A DNA stretch of 59,298 bases from an uncultured Verrucomicrobiae bacterium (GCA_963762565.1 CAVXLD010000006.1:1-59298); one strand, 5' to 3'. Counted from the stretch's first letter, positions 40,089 to 50,431 are shown. Translations and numbers: made by a program. The notes: a model not told the origin generated them from the letters alone.

Positions 40089-40254
40089 AACGTAAGTTAG
40101 TGAGGGGCGCTTCTTGTGGAGCGCTGCCTCGCTTGCGAGGCCGTGGTGAGCAGGGCTAACGGTGAGGTACGTGGATCGTTTAGGTAGGAGCCTGCGACGA
40201 ACCTGGCGGTCGTCGCGCTAACGATGAGCGTTGAGGACGACCGCGCGTCTGAAC

Positions 40255-40475
40255 GCCTGGAGGGGAGGCGCTTTGTAGATTGGCAGGTCTGGACGTAGAT
40301 TTGGAGGCGCCTCCCGGGAGCGATCTGTAACTGGTTTTTTCTATCCCGGCCTTAATTCGTTTTGTCACGCATCTGCGATGGATTCCAGGCGCTGGAAGGT
40401 TCGCGGGAGCCGCCTGCTGCGAACCGACAGACCTAGCGACCGATAAAGCGGCTCCCCTCCAGGGCTTGGGCATGC
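40255..40475. repeat. GGAG-type paired large-loop element (family E); right arm repeated at 28280-28351
   Basis: GGAGGGGAGGCGCTTT..GGCGCCTCCCG and CGGGAGCCGCC..AAAGCGGCTCCCCTCC. Confidence 0.8.
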
Positions 40476-40488
40476 CAGACCGGGGGCC

Positions 40489-42045
40489 CTACTGTGTCGA
40501 TTGTTCTGTCTGATAGTCGGTCCAACCGAAGTTGTTGAGGATCTTCTGCCAGTTGGAATTATCGATGGCGAGCGGGGGAAGCCATTCATCTTGAAAGTCT
40601 CTTATCCACCAGTTGCCGGCGGCGTTCCCGGCGGGGGCGAACGAGTATTTGTAGAGCACAGCCCGAATATACCGTGGCGGATGGTCCGGGAACGGATTAG
40701 AGCGGAAGAACGACAAAGCCGCGGGATCGCTGTGCAGCAGCTTCCAGATCAAGTGCAATGTCCACGGATACTGCTGATACGTACCCATGGCTGCAAACCA
40801 CATCTGCCAATCAAGATGCGGCTGATAAGGTGCGACCTGAACCGGCATCTCATGAACGTCGACCGGGAGAGCCTGATAAAGGTAATCCTTCCAATCAACA
40901 GCGCCGAAGGTGGTATCGGAGTCTGTGCCCTGAAAAACCACGTTTAAGCGTTCCCTCCCGATCGTACCGAACGCTCCGTAGGTGTTCACCAGATCCAAAG
41001 GATCGAACGACGTGTTCATCATTTGGTGAGGAGAGAACAGGTTCAGCACCGGATTGATGCTCAGAAAAGCGACGAGACCTGTCAGACCAACAGCGGCGGC
41101 CTGATAGCCGATACTCTTCCGCTGGTTTTGGTCTGCGGTCGTGGCCCAAAGTCTTAGCGGACCCGGGAATAGGCGTCTCCAAAATGAATCATCGAAACAA
41201 GCCAGCGCGGGAATGATCGTAAGCCAGTTGAGGAACGAGAGATTTCCGCTGACTGCGATGCCCAGCAGGAAAAGAACAATGATCGAACCGGCAATATGAC
41301 GGGCGATCCGCGGCCAGAACACAAACCAGGGTGCGATGAGCTCGGCCAGGAAATTCCACAGGACACCAGCTTGCAGAACCGGGTGCGGCAAAAAATGAAA
41401 CCACCGGCTCAACGGGTTCGGGATCGGCTGGGTTTCGAAATAATAGAACAGAGCGGTGAGATCTCTCCAGCAAGGGTCTCCCCGCAGCTTGATCAGGGCG
41501 GAGCCGATCATGATTCTGAAAATCAGCCAGCGGAACAGCCAGATGACGAGAATAGGCGGCGCCATCTTTGGGAACGGCCGAGGATCGAGCAATGGCACTA
41601 GAAAGATGGCCAGGAAACCGGTCTCGAGTAGCTGGGTTTCCCAGCCGAACGCATACCAAGTTTGACCCACGTGGACGATCGACATGTAGAGGGCCCACAA
41701 GACGATCATGATGAGGGAGTTGGCGAACCCGGCGATGACGACACAGGAGAGGCCAAACCCGATCCATGGTAACACGGTTAACATTGTGTCCGAGTCGTTG
41801 AGCCAGAAAAGCGAAGGCAATTTGAGAAAGGCGTCCCAGGTCGAGCCGTAGTAGGACTGGGCTCGCGGGAGAAAACTGTCCAATGGCAACAATCCGTGCG
41901 ATCCGATCAATGGGAGCAACTGCTGTGCTGCCACCAGGAAAGCGACGGCATAAACGATGCCGAGGAGCCGGAGTAAAACGAACCGGGTAAGCCAATAGGT
42001 TGGCTGCGTACGCGCGGTTTTTTCTGAACTGGGTTCCGCCTCCAC
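40489..42045 (-). CDS. Lipase maturation factor family membrane protein (start uncertain)
   Basis: GWETQLLETGF; KLRGDPCWRDL; ETQPIPNP; NTYGAFG; LDWQMWF. Confidence 0.93.
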   Translation of the reverse strand: MEAEPSSEKTARTQPTYWLTRFVLLRLLGIVYAVAFLVAAQQLLPLIGSHGLLPLDSFLPRAQSYYGSTWDAFLKLPSLFWLNDSDTMLTVLPWIGFGLSCVVIAGFANSLIMIVLWALYMSIVHVGQTWYAFGWETQLLETGFLAIFLVPLLDPRPFPKMAPPILVIWLFRWLIFRIMIGSALIKLRGDPCWRDLTALFYYFETQPIPNPLSRWFHFLPHPVLQAGVLWNFLAELIAPWFVFWPRIARHIAGSIIVLFLLGIAVSGNLSFLNWLTIIPALACFDDSFWRRLFPGPLRLWATTADQNQRKSIGYQAAAVGLTGLVAFLSINPVLNLFSPHQMMNTSFDPLDLVNTYGAFGTIGRERLNVVFQGTDSDTTFGAVDWKDYLYQALPVDVHEMPVQVAPYQPHLDWQMWFAAMGTYQQYPWTLHLIWKLLHSDPAALSFFRSNPFPDHPPRYIRAVLYKYSFAPAGNAAGNWWIRDFQDEWLPPLAIDNSNWQKILNNFGWTDYQTEQSTQ

Positions 42046-42217
42046 GGAAGAAAGAGTGTGGGCAAACGAGGCTAAGTTGCAAATGCTAGCGTGCGATTGA
42101 GCGAAAAGAAGAAAACCTCGGGCAGAGGTCGCAACGGACGCAGAGGGTTCGGACAAGGCGGTTCAGTTTCCGCCTTTTAATCAGTCGAGATGAGGGGATC
42201 CTCCGGTCCCGCGTCAA

Positions 42218-42454
42218 TCACTGGAGCCCATTGATTTCTTCCTCTGACACAGCGGGATCAAACGGGCCACGATAAACCTTGACCGATCCGGCGACGGCTT
42301 TGCGCACTTCCTGGATTTGCGTACTCGGATGCTCTGCGATCAGTTTGGCGATCGGTTTTCCGTGCTTGGTAATTGTGAGCGGTCGCCCATACTTATGTAC
42401 TTGGTTTATTAGACGGAGGCATTTGAGCTTAAACTCGGTGACTGTAACCGTCAT
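42218..42454 (-). CDS. Phd/YefM family type II antitoxin (no intact toxin adjacent)
   Basis: TVTEFKLKCLRLINQV..GRPLTITKHGKPIAKL. Confidence 0.9.
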   Translation of the reverse strand: MTVTVTEFKLKCLRLINQVHKYGRPLTITKHGKPIAKLIAEHPSTQIQEVRKAVAGSVKVYRGPFDPAVSEEEINGLQ

Positions 42455-42522
42455 AGAATGAGCAGGAATTCACTAGTAATTTGCCGCAAGTTTAAGCAGC
42501 CCTGAACGCACCCGCGCGCTGC

Positions 42523-43356
42523 TCACATTTGATCGCTGGCACCACCGCCGCCGGAGTCTCCGCCTCCTCCTGAGAAGCCGTCATCGCCCCCGCCTCCGCC
42601 ACCGCCGGAGAAGCCCCCACCGCCACCTCCGCCCGAACCGCCCATGAAGAAGCCGCCGCCGGGCCCTCCTCCGAAGAACACGCCCCGACGTCGCATAAAA
42701 AACAGAAAGATAAGGATGAAGATCACTATCATCACGACCGGGATCCAACTGTCGTCGCCTTTCTGGGCCTTCTGTTGCGCCACGGTTTTCCCGTTGCCTT
42801 TATATTCTCCCTTGGCTGCCGCGATGATGGCGGCTAAGCCCTGTTTCAAGCTCTCGTCGTAATTCCCCGCACGGAACTGCGGGGCAAAATCGTTACGGAT
42901 AATCTGGATACAAAGCGCGTCTGGTAGCGCACCTTCCAAGCCGCGTCCCGTGTGAATCCGAATTTTGCCCCCCTTAGTCAAGAGTAATAGGACACCGTTG
43001 TCTTTGCCTGCTTGTCCGATCTTGGCGGCGCGGTAAAGACTTTGAGCATAATCGTCAAAAACCAGGTCGTCCGGCCAGTCAGGGAAGATCACAACTAAGA
43101 TCTGGTTGGAGGTCTCACGCTCAAAATTCTCCAGCTCGGATTCTAAGTAGGCGGCGGTCCCTGGCGTGACCATTTGCGCGTAGTCATTGAAATAACGCTT
43201 AGGTGGGTTGGTCAACAGCTCCTGGGGAGTGACCGCTAGAGCCGAAGCGATTGGCAGTAGGACAAGCGCCAATAGTACCAGCGTGAGATGTGAGAGATTA
43301 GAAGTGAGAGGTGAGAAGCGGCCGGCGGCGACGTGCGATCCAAGCGGGTGTCCCAT
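42523..43356 (-). CDS. TPM domain protein with TM helix and Gly-rich tail (start uncertain)
   Basis: YFNDYA; IGQAGKDNGVLLL; IHTGRGLEGALPD; FSGGGGDSGGGGAS. Confidence 0.9.
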   Translation of the reverse strand: MGHPLGSHVAAGRFSPLTSNLSHLTLVLLALVLLPIASALAVTPQELLTNPPKRYFNDYAQMVTPGTAAYLESELENFERETSNQILVVIFPDWPDDLVFDDYAQSLYRAAKIGQAGKDNGVLLLLTKGGKIRIHTGRGLEGALPDALCIQIIRNDFAPQFRAGNYDESLKQGLAAIIAAAKGEYKGNGKTVAQQKAQKGDDSWIPVVMIVIFILIFLFFMRRRGVFFGGGPGGGFFMGGSGGGGGGGFSGGGGGGGDDGFSGGGGDSGGGGASDQM

Positions 43357-43753
43357 CAAGCCGGCCTCGCAAGCAGGGCGCGCTCCACGGGTTCGGTGAT
43401 AGGTCTTTATCCAACCACCGGACCTCTCGCAAGGTGTTGACCGTTGATGCATGTGAGACCTCCGACCTTTCGAAGGGCAGGAGTACGTTACGCTCAACCG
43501 GACCCCTTCCCAAGGCTTTTTCCCGTCCAGACAGCAACCGCTCCCGCTACGCGGGTGCAATTCGGAACCGGTGCAACACTCCGATACTCCAGTACTCCAT
43601 CACTCCGGGCGGCCGAATTCGAGGACAGCTTGTCCGCCGTAGCCCAATCTCTATGTTGCCACCCGCTCAAAGTCGGCCTCGCAAGCGAGGCGCGCTCCAC
43701 AACGATGAATCGGCGAAGGCGGGAGAACGAAGGACCTGGTAAGCGGGAGATGC

Positions 43754-44389
43754 TCACTTGGTGGGCGAAGGGCTAAAGGACGGGAACGACACGCTCGGCG
43801 CGGCTTCTGCCCCTGCGGCGGCCTGGAAGAAGGGCTTTTCTTTGAACCCGAAAATGCCGGCGTACAAGGCAGTAGGTAAGCTTTTAACCTGAACGTTGTA
43901 CGTTTGTGCCGCTTTATTGAAATCCTGGCGAGCGACCGCAATTCGGTTTTCCGTCCCTTCGATTTGGACCTGCAGGTCCCGGAAATTGTTGTTGGCCTTT
44001 AATTCCGGGTAACGCTCGCTCACCGCGAGCAGCCGGCCAAGACTGCTGGAAAGACTATCCTGAACTTTCTGGAATTGCGCAAGTTGCTGTGGGTCGGTCG
44101 GTGCCTTGGAAGGGTCGATCGTGACTTTGGTGGCATTTGCCCGAGCGTTGACCACATCGGTGAGTGTGGATTTCTCAAAGTTCGCCGCCCCTTCCACGGT
44201 GTTCACGAGATTCGGAATCAAGTCCGCCCGGCGTTGATACTGCGTTTGTACCTGGGCCCAGGCGGTGTCGACCCCTGCCGATCCACGCACCAATGAGTTA
44301 TAGCCGGTGCCGAGAAACAGGGCAATGACTCCTCCGACCACCGCAAGCGCGGCCAAACAGCCGCATCCTATCGCTACAGTTTTGTTCAT
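43754..44389 (-). CDS. lemA: LemA family protein
   Basis: YQRRADLIPNLVNTV; ERYPELKAN; EGTENRIAVAR. Confidence 0.95.
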   Translation of the reverse strand: MNKTVAIGCGCLAALAVVGGVIALFLGTGYNSLVRGSAGVDTAWAQVQTQYQRRADLIPNLVNTVEGAANFEKSTLTDVVNARANATKVTIDPSKAPTDPQQLAQFQKVQDSLSSSLGRLLAVSERYPELKANNNFRDLQVQIEGTENRIAVARQDFNKAAQTYNVQVKSLPTALYAGIFGFKEKPFFQAAAGAEAAPSVSFPSFSPSPTK

Positions 44390-44988
44390 AAGTTCAATCA
44401 GGAACCGACTCTACGTACCACTATTACCCGAATTCAGAGCACCAGGTTGCGTTCCTGCGCAAATTCGTACAGGAAATCGGATGGGAAACAAGCCAATGCT
44501 TGGTGGGGCAGTCCATAGGGGGGCGAGGCTCCCGAACGTTCAGAGCGTGGTCCCAAGGTAACAAGATGTTTGCTTTCGATGTGAACCGGCCCGTAAGACG
44601 TGCCGAGCCGCGGCCCAGGATGTGCCAAAACCGAGAGCGTCGATCTAATGTTCAGGCACTGTTTCCTGGCGAGCTCTGGGGCCCGGCTCGGCGGGTTTGT
44701 AGCGCTGCGCACGTCGATGTTCGTTTCGACCAATTCCGTTGCGAGGATCAATCGGTTTTTCGGGAGCCTCGCCCCACCAACAATTGATGACGCGTAATCA
44801 ACAACTGTCGTGCTTTTCTCAAGACTCCAATAGGGCCCCGCGGCCACGCCTTTCCAGATTGGGAGCCTCGCCGCGGGCGTACCCCGATTTTACCTGAGGC
44901 GCCCAACATTTTATGGCTTGATCGATTGACGGTGGCATTAACAACGGGTAGTATCCCGGCCACAAACTACCCGCCAAGAGAGATTTTT

Positions 44989-45183
44989 ATGCCTGAAGTT
45001 ATTGTCCGCAAGGGAGAGCCCATTGATCGCGCTCTCAAGCGTTTGAAGAACAAGCTTGATGCCGAAGGAATCATGGAAGAGGTGCGTCGCCTTAGGGCAT
45101 TCGAAACACCGAACCAAAAAGTCCGTCGCAAAGCAAAATTGGCCGCGAAACGTGGTAAATTGAAGTTCCGTTTCAATCCTTAG
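44989..45183 (+). CDS. rpsU: 30S ribosomal protein S21
   Basis: MPEVIVRKGEPIDRALKRLK..FETP; basic, 64 aa. Confidence 0.95.
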   Translation: MPEVIVRKGEPIDRALKRLKNKLDAEGIMEEVRRLRAFETPNQKVRRKAKLAAKRGKLKFRFNP

Positions 45184-45206
45184 TCGAAAATTTCAGTTTT
45201 GGTCTG

Positions 45207-45235
45207 AAACTCCGCGCTTTGGCGGAGTTTTTTTT
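45207..45235 (+). terminator. Rho-independent terminator after rpsU
   Basis: AAACTCCGC-loop-GCGGAGTTTTTTTT. Confidence 0.8.
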
Positions 45236-45448
45236 GTCTTTAGGGGGCTCTTTTGCGTATCGGCGTGACGGCGTATGGGCGTGTCGGCGTAGGTGCGATG
45301 GGCGAAACGGATCCGGAGTGACGGCCGGCGCTGGAGCTGACTACGGATGGGACTTATGGGACAGATAGGACCTATAAGTACCTCAATCACCAGGGGTTAC
45401 ATCTGCATGTACGCCGATACGCCCATACGCCGACACGCCCACACGCAA

Positions 45449-46954
45449 TCACCGTCCCAGGAGGCCTACGATGGCTTCGACCAGGCCGTCGATATCGTGT
45501 CGGGTGGCTTCCACGTCTACTTTCAGGCCTGCTTCTCGCATGGTGGTTGAGGTAATCGGGCCGATACTGGCCGTTTTAATCCCCTTTGGCCAAGGGAGCT
45601 TCATAGCCAGAAAATTTTCAACCGTGGATGAGCTGGTAAAAGTGATGAGATCCGCTCCTTCGTCGGTAAACCGCTTTTTAGCGCCGGTGATATCGTCCGT
45701 TTCCGGAAGGGTTCGATAAGCGATCGCTTCGTCGACGATAGCGCCCAATTGGGTGAGACGTTTCGGTAATACATCCCGCGCGTTCGCCGCTCTAACCAGG
45801 AGAAACCTGAGGTTCTCGACGCTCTCATGCTGTTGGAATGCCTCGACCAAACGTTCTGCAACGGCCTCTTCCGGCTGCAGATCGACTGCCAGATGCAAGT
45901 CTTTCACGCGCCTCGCCGTACCCGGGCCGATTGCTGCGATCCGAGCGCTCCCTAATGCTCGAGCGTCGTCGTAAAGCTTGAAAAAAAGGTCAAAAAACGC
46001 GTTCACTCCGTTTGGACTAGTAAAGACCACCCAGTCGTATTGGAACGAGTCGCGAACGAGCTCTCCGAACTCCATCAGGTTTTCAGGGGGTACGATCTTG
46101 ATGGTCGGTAACTCGCTGACGTCTGCTCCGAGCGCACGCAACCGGGCGCTCAAAGCGCCGGCTTGCTGGCGGGTTCGGGTCACGACGATCCGTCGCCCAA
46201 ACAAAGCCCGGTCCTCGAACCATTTCAGACGTTGGCGATAGGAGACGACATCGCCAAATACGGCGACAACTGGCGGCTCAATATCCAGCGCAACTTCCTG
46301 AATATTGTTGAGTTGCCCGACCACCGTTTCCTGGCGTCCGGTTGTTCCCCAACGCACGAGTGCGACGGGCATGGCAGGGTTCGCTCCGTTGGCGCGGAGC
46401 TCACCGACGACTTTGGAGAGCCGGGCTGCGCCCATCAGCATGACCAAAGTACCGCGGCTTTGGACCAAGGCAGCATAGTCAATACCGGATTCTTCCTTAG
46501 TCGGATCCTCGTGGCCGGTAAACACGGTAAACGATGAATTAACTTCACGGTGGGTTATTGGGATACCGGCGTAAGCGGGGACCGCAATGGCGGAGGTAAT
46601 TCCGGGAACAATCTCAAATGGAATCCCAGCTTGAGAGAGGATTTCAGCTTCTTCGGCTCCGCGGCCAAAAACAAACGGATCGCCCCCTTTTAGACGGACT
46701 ACCGACTTACCGTCCTTAGCTCTCTGCAGAATCAGGTCATTGATCTCGGCCTGAGAAAGCGTATGCGCAGCGGCCTGTTTACCCGCATAAATAATCTCTG
46801 CATCCGGACGCGCCCAGCTTAAGATCTCCGGGTTACAAAGGTAGTCATAAACGACGACGTCGGCCTGCTCGACGGCTTCCTTTGTTCTGAGCGTTACCAG
46901 TCCGATGTCTCCCGGTCCCGCGCCGGCTAAAACGCACTTACCTGTCTTTGACAT
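45449..46954 (-). CDS. cobA: Fused uroporphyrinogen-III C-methyltransferase / uroporphyrinogen-III synthase (CobA-HemD)
   Basis: GAGPGD; RLKGGDPFVFGRG; then VVTRT, FTSPNGV, FTSSSTV. Confidence 0.95.
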   Translation of the reverse strand: MSKTGKCVLAGAGPGDIGLVTLRTKEAVEQADVVVYDYLCNPEILSWARPDAEIIYAGKQAAAHTLSQAEINDLILQRAKDGKSVVRLKGGDPFVFGRGAEEAEILSQAGIPFEIVPGITSAIAVPAYAGIPITHREVNSSFTVFTGHEDPTKEESGIDYAALVQSRGTLVMLMGAARLSKVVGELRANGANPAMPVALVRWGTTGRQETVVGQLNNIQEVALDIEPPVVAVFGDVVSYRQRLKWFEDRALFGRRIVVTRTRQQAGALSARLRALGADVSELPTIKIVPPENLMEFGELVRDSFQYDWVVFTSPNGVNAFFDLFFKLYDDARALGSARIAAIGPGTARRVKDLHLAVDLQPEEAVAERLVEAFQQHESVENLRFLLVRAANARDVLPKRLTQLGAIVDEAIAYRTLPETDDITGAKKRFTDEGADLITFTSSSTVENFLAMKLPWPKGIKTASIGPITSTTMREAGLKVDVEATRHDIDGLVEAIVGLLGR

Positions 46955-47864
46955 AAATCTCTCGATACAATAATTGGGCGGCATCTAAAGGCGCCTTCGG
47001 CGGCACAATAACCGAGCCCTGACGAATTTTTCCTGCCTCTTCAAAAACGATAGCAGCCAGTGTCATCGTATTACCAACTACCCTAGCATAGACGCCGATC
47101 GGCACATTGCAGCCGCCGCCAACCAGGCGAAGAAATTCTCGTTCGGCTCGGACACAATCCCAAGAAACGGGATCATTTATTCGGTTCAAAATCGAGCGAA
47201 CTACAGAATCGTTCTCGCGGCATTGCAAGGCAATGGCTCCTTGACCGGCAGCCGGAAGCAACCCTCTGAGGTCGCTAATAAATAAGTCTGTATCCAGGAA
47301 GCGCAAACGTCCCTGCTCCGGCGCTAACCGTAGCCTTTGCAGACCGGCACGCGCGAGAATGATCCCTGACCATTCCGCTGTGCGAACGAGTTTTTCCAGG
47401 CGGGTCGGTACGTTTCCTCGCACATCGCAAACGCGGATATCTGGCCGGAGATAGGTGATTTGTTGGGCTCGACGGGTGCTGCCGGTAGCGATTAACGGTC
47501 CTGCCGGCAACGCGTCCAGTCCGCCGGGTAACTTCGAGACCAGCACATCCACGGGATCTTCCCGCGGTAATACCGCTTCGATTACGAGCTGCGGAACGGA
47601 TTCAGTGGGCAGATCTTTGAGGGAATGCACCGCCAGGTCGATCTCTTTGCTCAGAAGTGCTTGTTCCAATTCCTTCGTGAACAGGCCCTTATCGAAACTT
47701 TTGCCAGAATCGTTTAAGCGCAGGTCGAGCCGTTGGTCACCGGTCGTCTTGATGACGCGAATGTCGATCGCTTCTACCTCGCCGGAACTCAATAGCGCTC
47801 TCTGGGTGATCTCTGCTTGGGCGAGCGCCAACTGACTCCCTCTGGTTCCAAGAACGATCTTCAC
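46938..47864 (-). CDS. hemC: Hydroxymethylbilane synthase
   Basis: GTRGSQLALAQ; KGLFTKELE; AVHSLKD; RGNVPTRL; GGC. Confidence 0.97.
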   Translation of the reverse strand: MKIVLGTRGSQLALAQAEITQRALLSSGEVEAIDIRVIKTTGDQRLDLRLNDSGKSFDKGLFTKELEQALLSKEIDLAVHSLKDLPTESVPQLVIEAVLPREDPVDVLVSKLPGGLDALPAGPLIATGSTRRAQQITYLRPDIRVCDVRGNVPTRLEKLVRTAEWSGIILARAGLQRLRLAPEQGRLRFLDTDLFISDLRGLLPAAGQGAIALQCRENDSVVRSILNRINDPVSWDCVRAEREFLRLVGGGCNVPIGVYARVVGNTMTLAAIVFEEAGKIRQGSVIVPPKAPLDAAQLLYREIYVKDR

Positions 47865-47879
47865 TTGGAGCGTCTGCGG

Positions 47880-49040
47880 TTAGCAGGCCCTGTCCGGCCT
47901 TGCCGGATCGCGCCAAAGCACAGCGTCGGCGGAACCCTGTCGCGCCGTCTTGTCCACCATAGCTTTAGCGACGGAGGAAGGCCTTGCAGAGGCGGAAGCG
48001 AGGCGCGCTCCAGGGTTAGGCATCGGGTTAACCGACTTTTCTATCCAGTTCTGGAATTCTATTACGTGCTTTGCGATCAAGCGATCACACCCGACAATCT
48101 CTTGTTTCCGTGTTTCCATCGAGCGTTCCGCCATGGATTGCAGAGCATCCAGATCATAAACGTACACGCCGTCCAAGCGGTGAACATTAGGGTCGATATC
48201 CCGAGGGACAGCGACGTCAATCATGAAAAGCGGACGATCACCGCGGTGTCTCAGAACCGGGGCGATCTTTTCCACCGTAACAATCGCGTGCGGAGCTGAG
48301 GTCGAGGTCACCAAGATATCCAGATCCGCAAATTCTCGTTCCCAATCCTCAAAATGGATTGCCCGGCCACCCGTCTCCTGTGCCAGCACTTGAGCCCGAT
48401 CAAATGACCGATTCGAAACGAAGATCTGGTGAGCACCGCGCGCCTTGAAGCTACGCGCCATTTTTTCGCTAGTATCGCCTGCGCCTAACACCATGATCTT
48501 GCAACCTTCCAGCTTACCGAAGATCTGCTCGGCGAGATCGACGGCGATTGACCCCACCGAGATGCTTCCCCGTCCGACGCCCGTAGAAGAGCGAACCTGT
48601 TTGCCCACGTGAAACGACTTCTGAAAAAGCTTGTTCAACTGGCGCCCGGTCGCCTTTTCGCGGACCGCTGCTTCATAAGCGCGTTTTACCTGGCCAAAAA
48701 CTTCAGTCTCGCCCACGACCATTGACTCCACTCCTGAGACCACCCGGAATAGGTGGTGGACACAGCGTTCAGCCCACAGTCCGAAAAAGTGGGGCTCATC
48801 GCCTGACCGCAGGCCTTTATAGAACTCCTCAAAAAAGCGGGCCGCCGGAAGCTGAGAAACTGCGCCCGTCACATAAAACTCGGTTCGATTGCAGGTCGAT
48901 ATGATCAGGCCTTCTTCGACGCCCTCGATGGCTCGGAGCCGTAATAGAGCCTCTGGGAGAGCAGAATCCCCTATGGCGAACCGTTCCCGTATTTCAACGC
49001 TCGCGGTTTGATGACTTAATCCAAAGCAGGAAATGTTCAT
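47880..49040 (-). CDS. hemA: Glutamyl-tRNA reductase (short form with repeat-derived tail)
   Basis: STCNRTE; SMVVGETEVFGQVK; GAGD; DVAVPRDID. Confidence 0.95.
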   Translation of the reverse strand: MNISCFGLSHQTASVEIRERFAIGDSALPEALLRLRAIEGVEEGLIISTCNRTEFYVTGAVSQLPAARFFEEFYKGLRSGDEPHFFGLWAERCVHHLFRVVSGVESMVVGETEVFGQVKRAYEAAVREKATGRQLNKLFQKSFHVGKQVRSSTGVGRGSISVGSIAVDLAEQIFGKLEGCKIMVLGAGDTSEKMARSFKARGAHQIFVSNRSFDRAQVLAQETGGRAIHFEDWEREFADLDILVTSTSAPHAIVTVEKIAPVLRHRGDRPLFMIDVAVPRDIDPNVHRLDGVYVYDLDALQSMAERSMETRKQEIVGCDRLIAKHVIEFQNWIEKSVNPMPNPGARLASASARPSSVAKAMVDKTARQGSADAVLWRDPARPDRAC

Positions 49041-49867
49041 CTTACCGGAGGCAGTTCCGAGATAAAGCGAATACCCCAGAACATGCTCAATAGGAGGCCG
49101 AAGACGACGATCGACAAAGTTGCTACCCACCTGGTGGCCATCGAGTGCCGGAGCCGCGCCAGCAAAATCCCGCCATAGAGAGCCCAGACCACCAGCGACC
49201 ACGCGACTTTCCGCCAATCGACATCCTGGCCGATCAGGAATCCGGTACCTAACCCGACGGTAAAGAGACCAAAACCGAGCCACAACAGCCGGGAATTAGC
49301 CACGACCAGGGTTCTGATGGGAGGCAAACGGAAGAACACCGACGATGGCCGCCGTGTTTTCAGCTGTCGTTCCTGGATCAAGTACATCAGGCCGGCTAGA
49401 CCAGCCAGAGCGAACGCCCCGCAGGCGACGATAGAAAAAGAGGTATGCGCTTCTAACCAGGGATTGACGGGCTGTTTAACGGCGATGGCCGGCGGTTCGG
49501 GCTGGAGTAACGCCCAAATGCTCAATACTCCGGCAAAGGGCGTCGTGAACACACCGAGGAGAGAGAGCCGGTAGGAAGAGCCGATCACGAGATAGATCAG
49601 GATCATCGACCAGCTCAGAAACGTCAGCAGCTCGCAGAAATTGGTGATCGGGCACCGGCCCACCGCATGACCGCGAATACCGAGAAAAATCGACTGGCAA
49701 ACGAATCCTGCCACAACCAGCCCAAAGGTCAGACGGGGCGCCATGAATTTGCCCGCAAACAACGTGTAGGCTGAATAGGCTGAAGCCAGGACAAAACAAT
49801 AGGTCGCCAACCAGATCCAGAGCCGATCTGCAGCGAAAATGAATGATCCAAGAAAATCCAGATGCAT
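49037..49867 (-). CDS. Cytochrome c assembly protein family (CcsA/HemX-like) membrane protein
   Basis: About 8 TMs; CPITNF; WLEAH; YLIQERQLK; directly upstream of hemA. Confidence 0.88.
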   Translation of the reverse strand: MHLDFLGSFIFAADRLWIWLATYCFVLASAYSAYTLFAGKFMAPRLTFGLVVAGFVCQSIFLGIRGHAVGRCPITNFCELLTFLSWSMILIYLVIGSSYRLSLLGVFTTPFAGVLSIWALLQPEPPAIAVKQPVNPWLEAHTSFSIVACGAFALAGLAGLMYLIQERQLKTRRPSSVFFRLPPIRTLVVANSRLLWLGFGLFTVGLGTGFLIGQDVDWRKVAWSLVVWALYGGILLARLRHSMATRWVATLSIVVFGLLLSMFWGIRFISELPPVR

Positions 49868-49900
49868 CAACAAAACTGAACTGCTACGCTCCGGTCATTC

Positions 49901-50431
49901 ATGAGTGGAGTCAATCTCGAACACATCCAGGCGGCGATTCGCCCGGTTCCTGACTTCCCGCAACCAGGCATCCTGTTCAGAGACATTACTCCGGTCTTGG
50001 CTGATGCGGACCTCTTCCGGGAGGTAATTGATCTTTTGGCTGAGAAAACCGTGAATTTCGGGGCCGAGAAAGTCGTTGGCATCGACGCGCGCGGTTTTCT
50101 TTTTGGCGCCGCGGTGGCTTATAAACTCGGTCTTGGCTTTGTCCCGATTCGGAAAAAAGGGAAGCTGCCCGCCGAGACGATTCGCTATTCGTACGTGTTG
50201 GAATACGGCAAAGCCGATATGGAGATTCACGTCGACGCTGTGCGCCCGGAAGAAAAAGTCGTTTTAGTGGACGACCTGTTGGCGACGGGGGGGACTGCGG
50301 CCGCCGCAGTCCATTTAGTTCAGCAATTGGGCGCCAAAGTCGCGGCAGCCCTGTTTTTTATTGAGTTAGCCGATCTCAACGGACGGCAGCATCTGGGTGG
50401 TGTGCCGGTTGAAACGCTGGTCACTTTCTGA
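49901..50431 (+). CDS. apt: Adenine phosphoribosyltransferase
   Basis: PDFPQPGILFRDIT; DARGF; RKKGKLP; VDDLLATGGT. Confidence 0.98.
   Translation: MSGVNLEHIQAAIRPVPDFPQPGILFRDITPVLADADLFREVIDLLAEKTVNFGAEKVVGIDARGFLFGAAVAYKLGLGFVPIRKKGKLPAETIRYSYVLEYGKADMEIHVDAVRPEEKVVLVDDLLATGGTAAAAVHLVQQLGAKVAAALFFIELADLNGRQHLGGVPVETLVTF

Noticed and set aside
41189..42082. 297-aa ORF
   Set aside because: Alternative frame inside the lipase maturation factor gene; Arg/Pro-rich GC artefact.
42523..42690. Gly-codon-rich low-complexity tract as a repeat element
   Set aside because: Normal Gly-rich C-terminal tail of TPM-domain proteins.
49040..49283. Long N-terminal extensions in the ORF track (hemA; also pgk 13724, TPM 43560, nucleotidyltransferase 50531, LMF 42156)
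   Set aside because: The extensions overlap neighbouring genes or repeats; family-typical N-termini begin at downstream starts.
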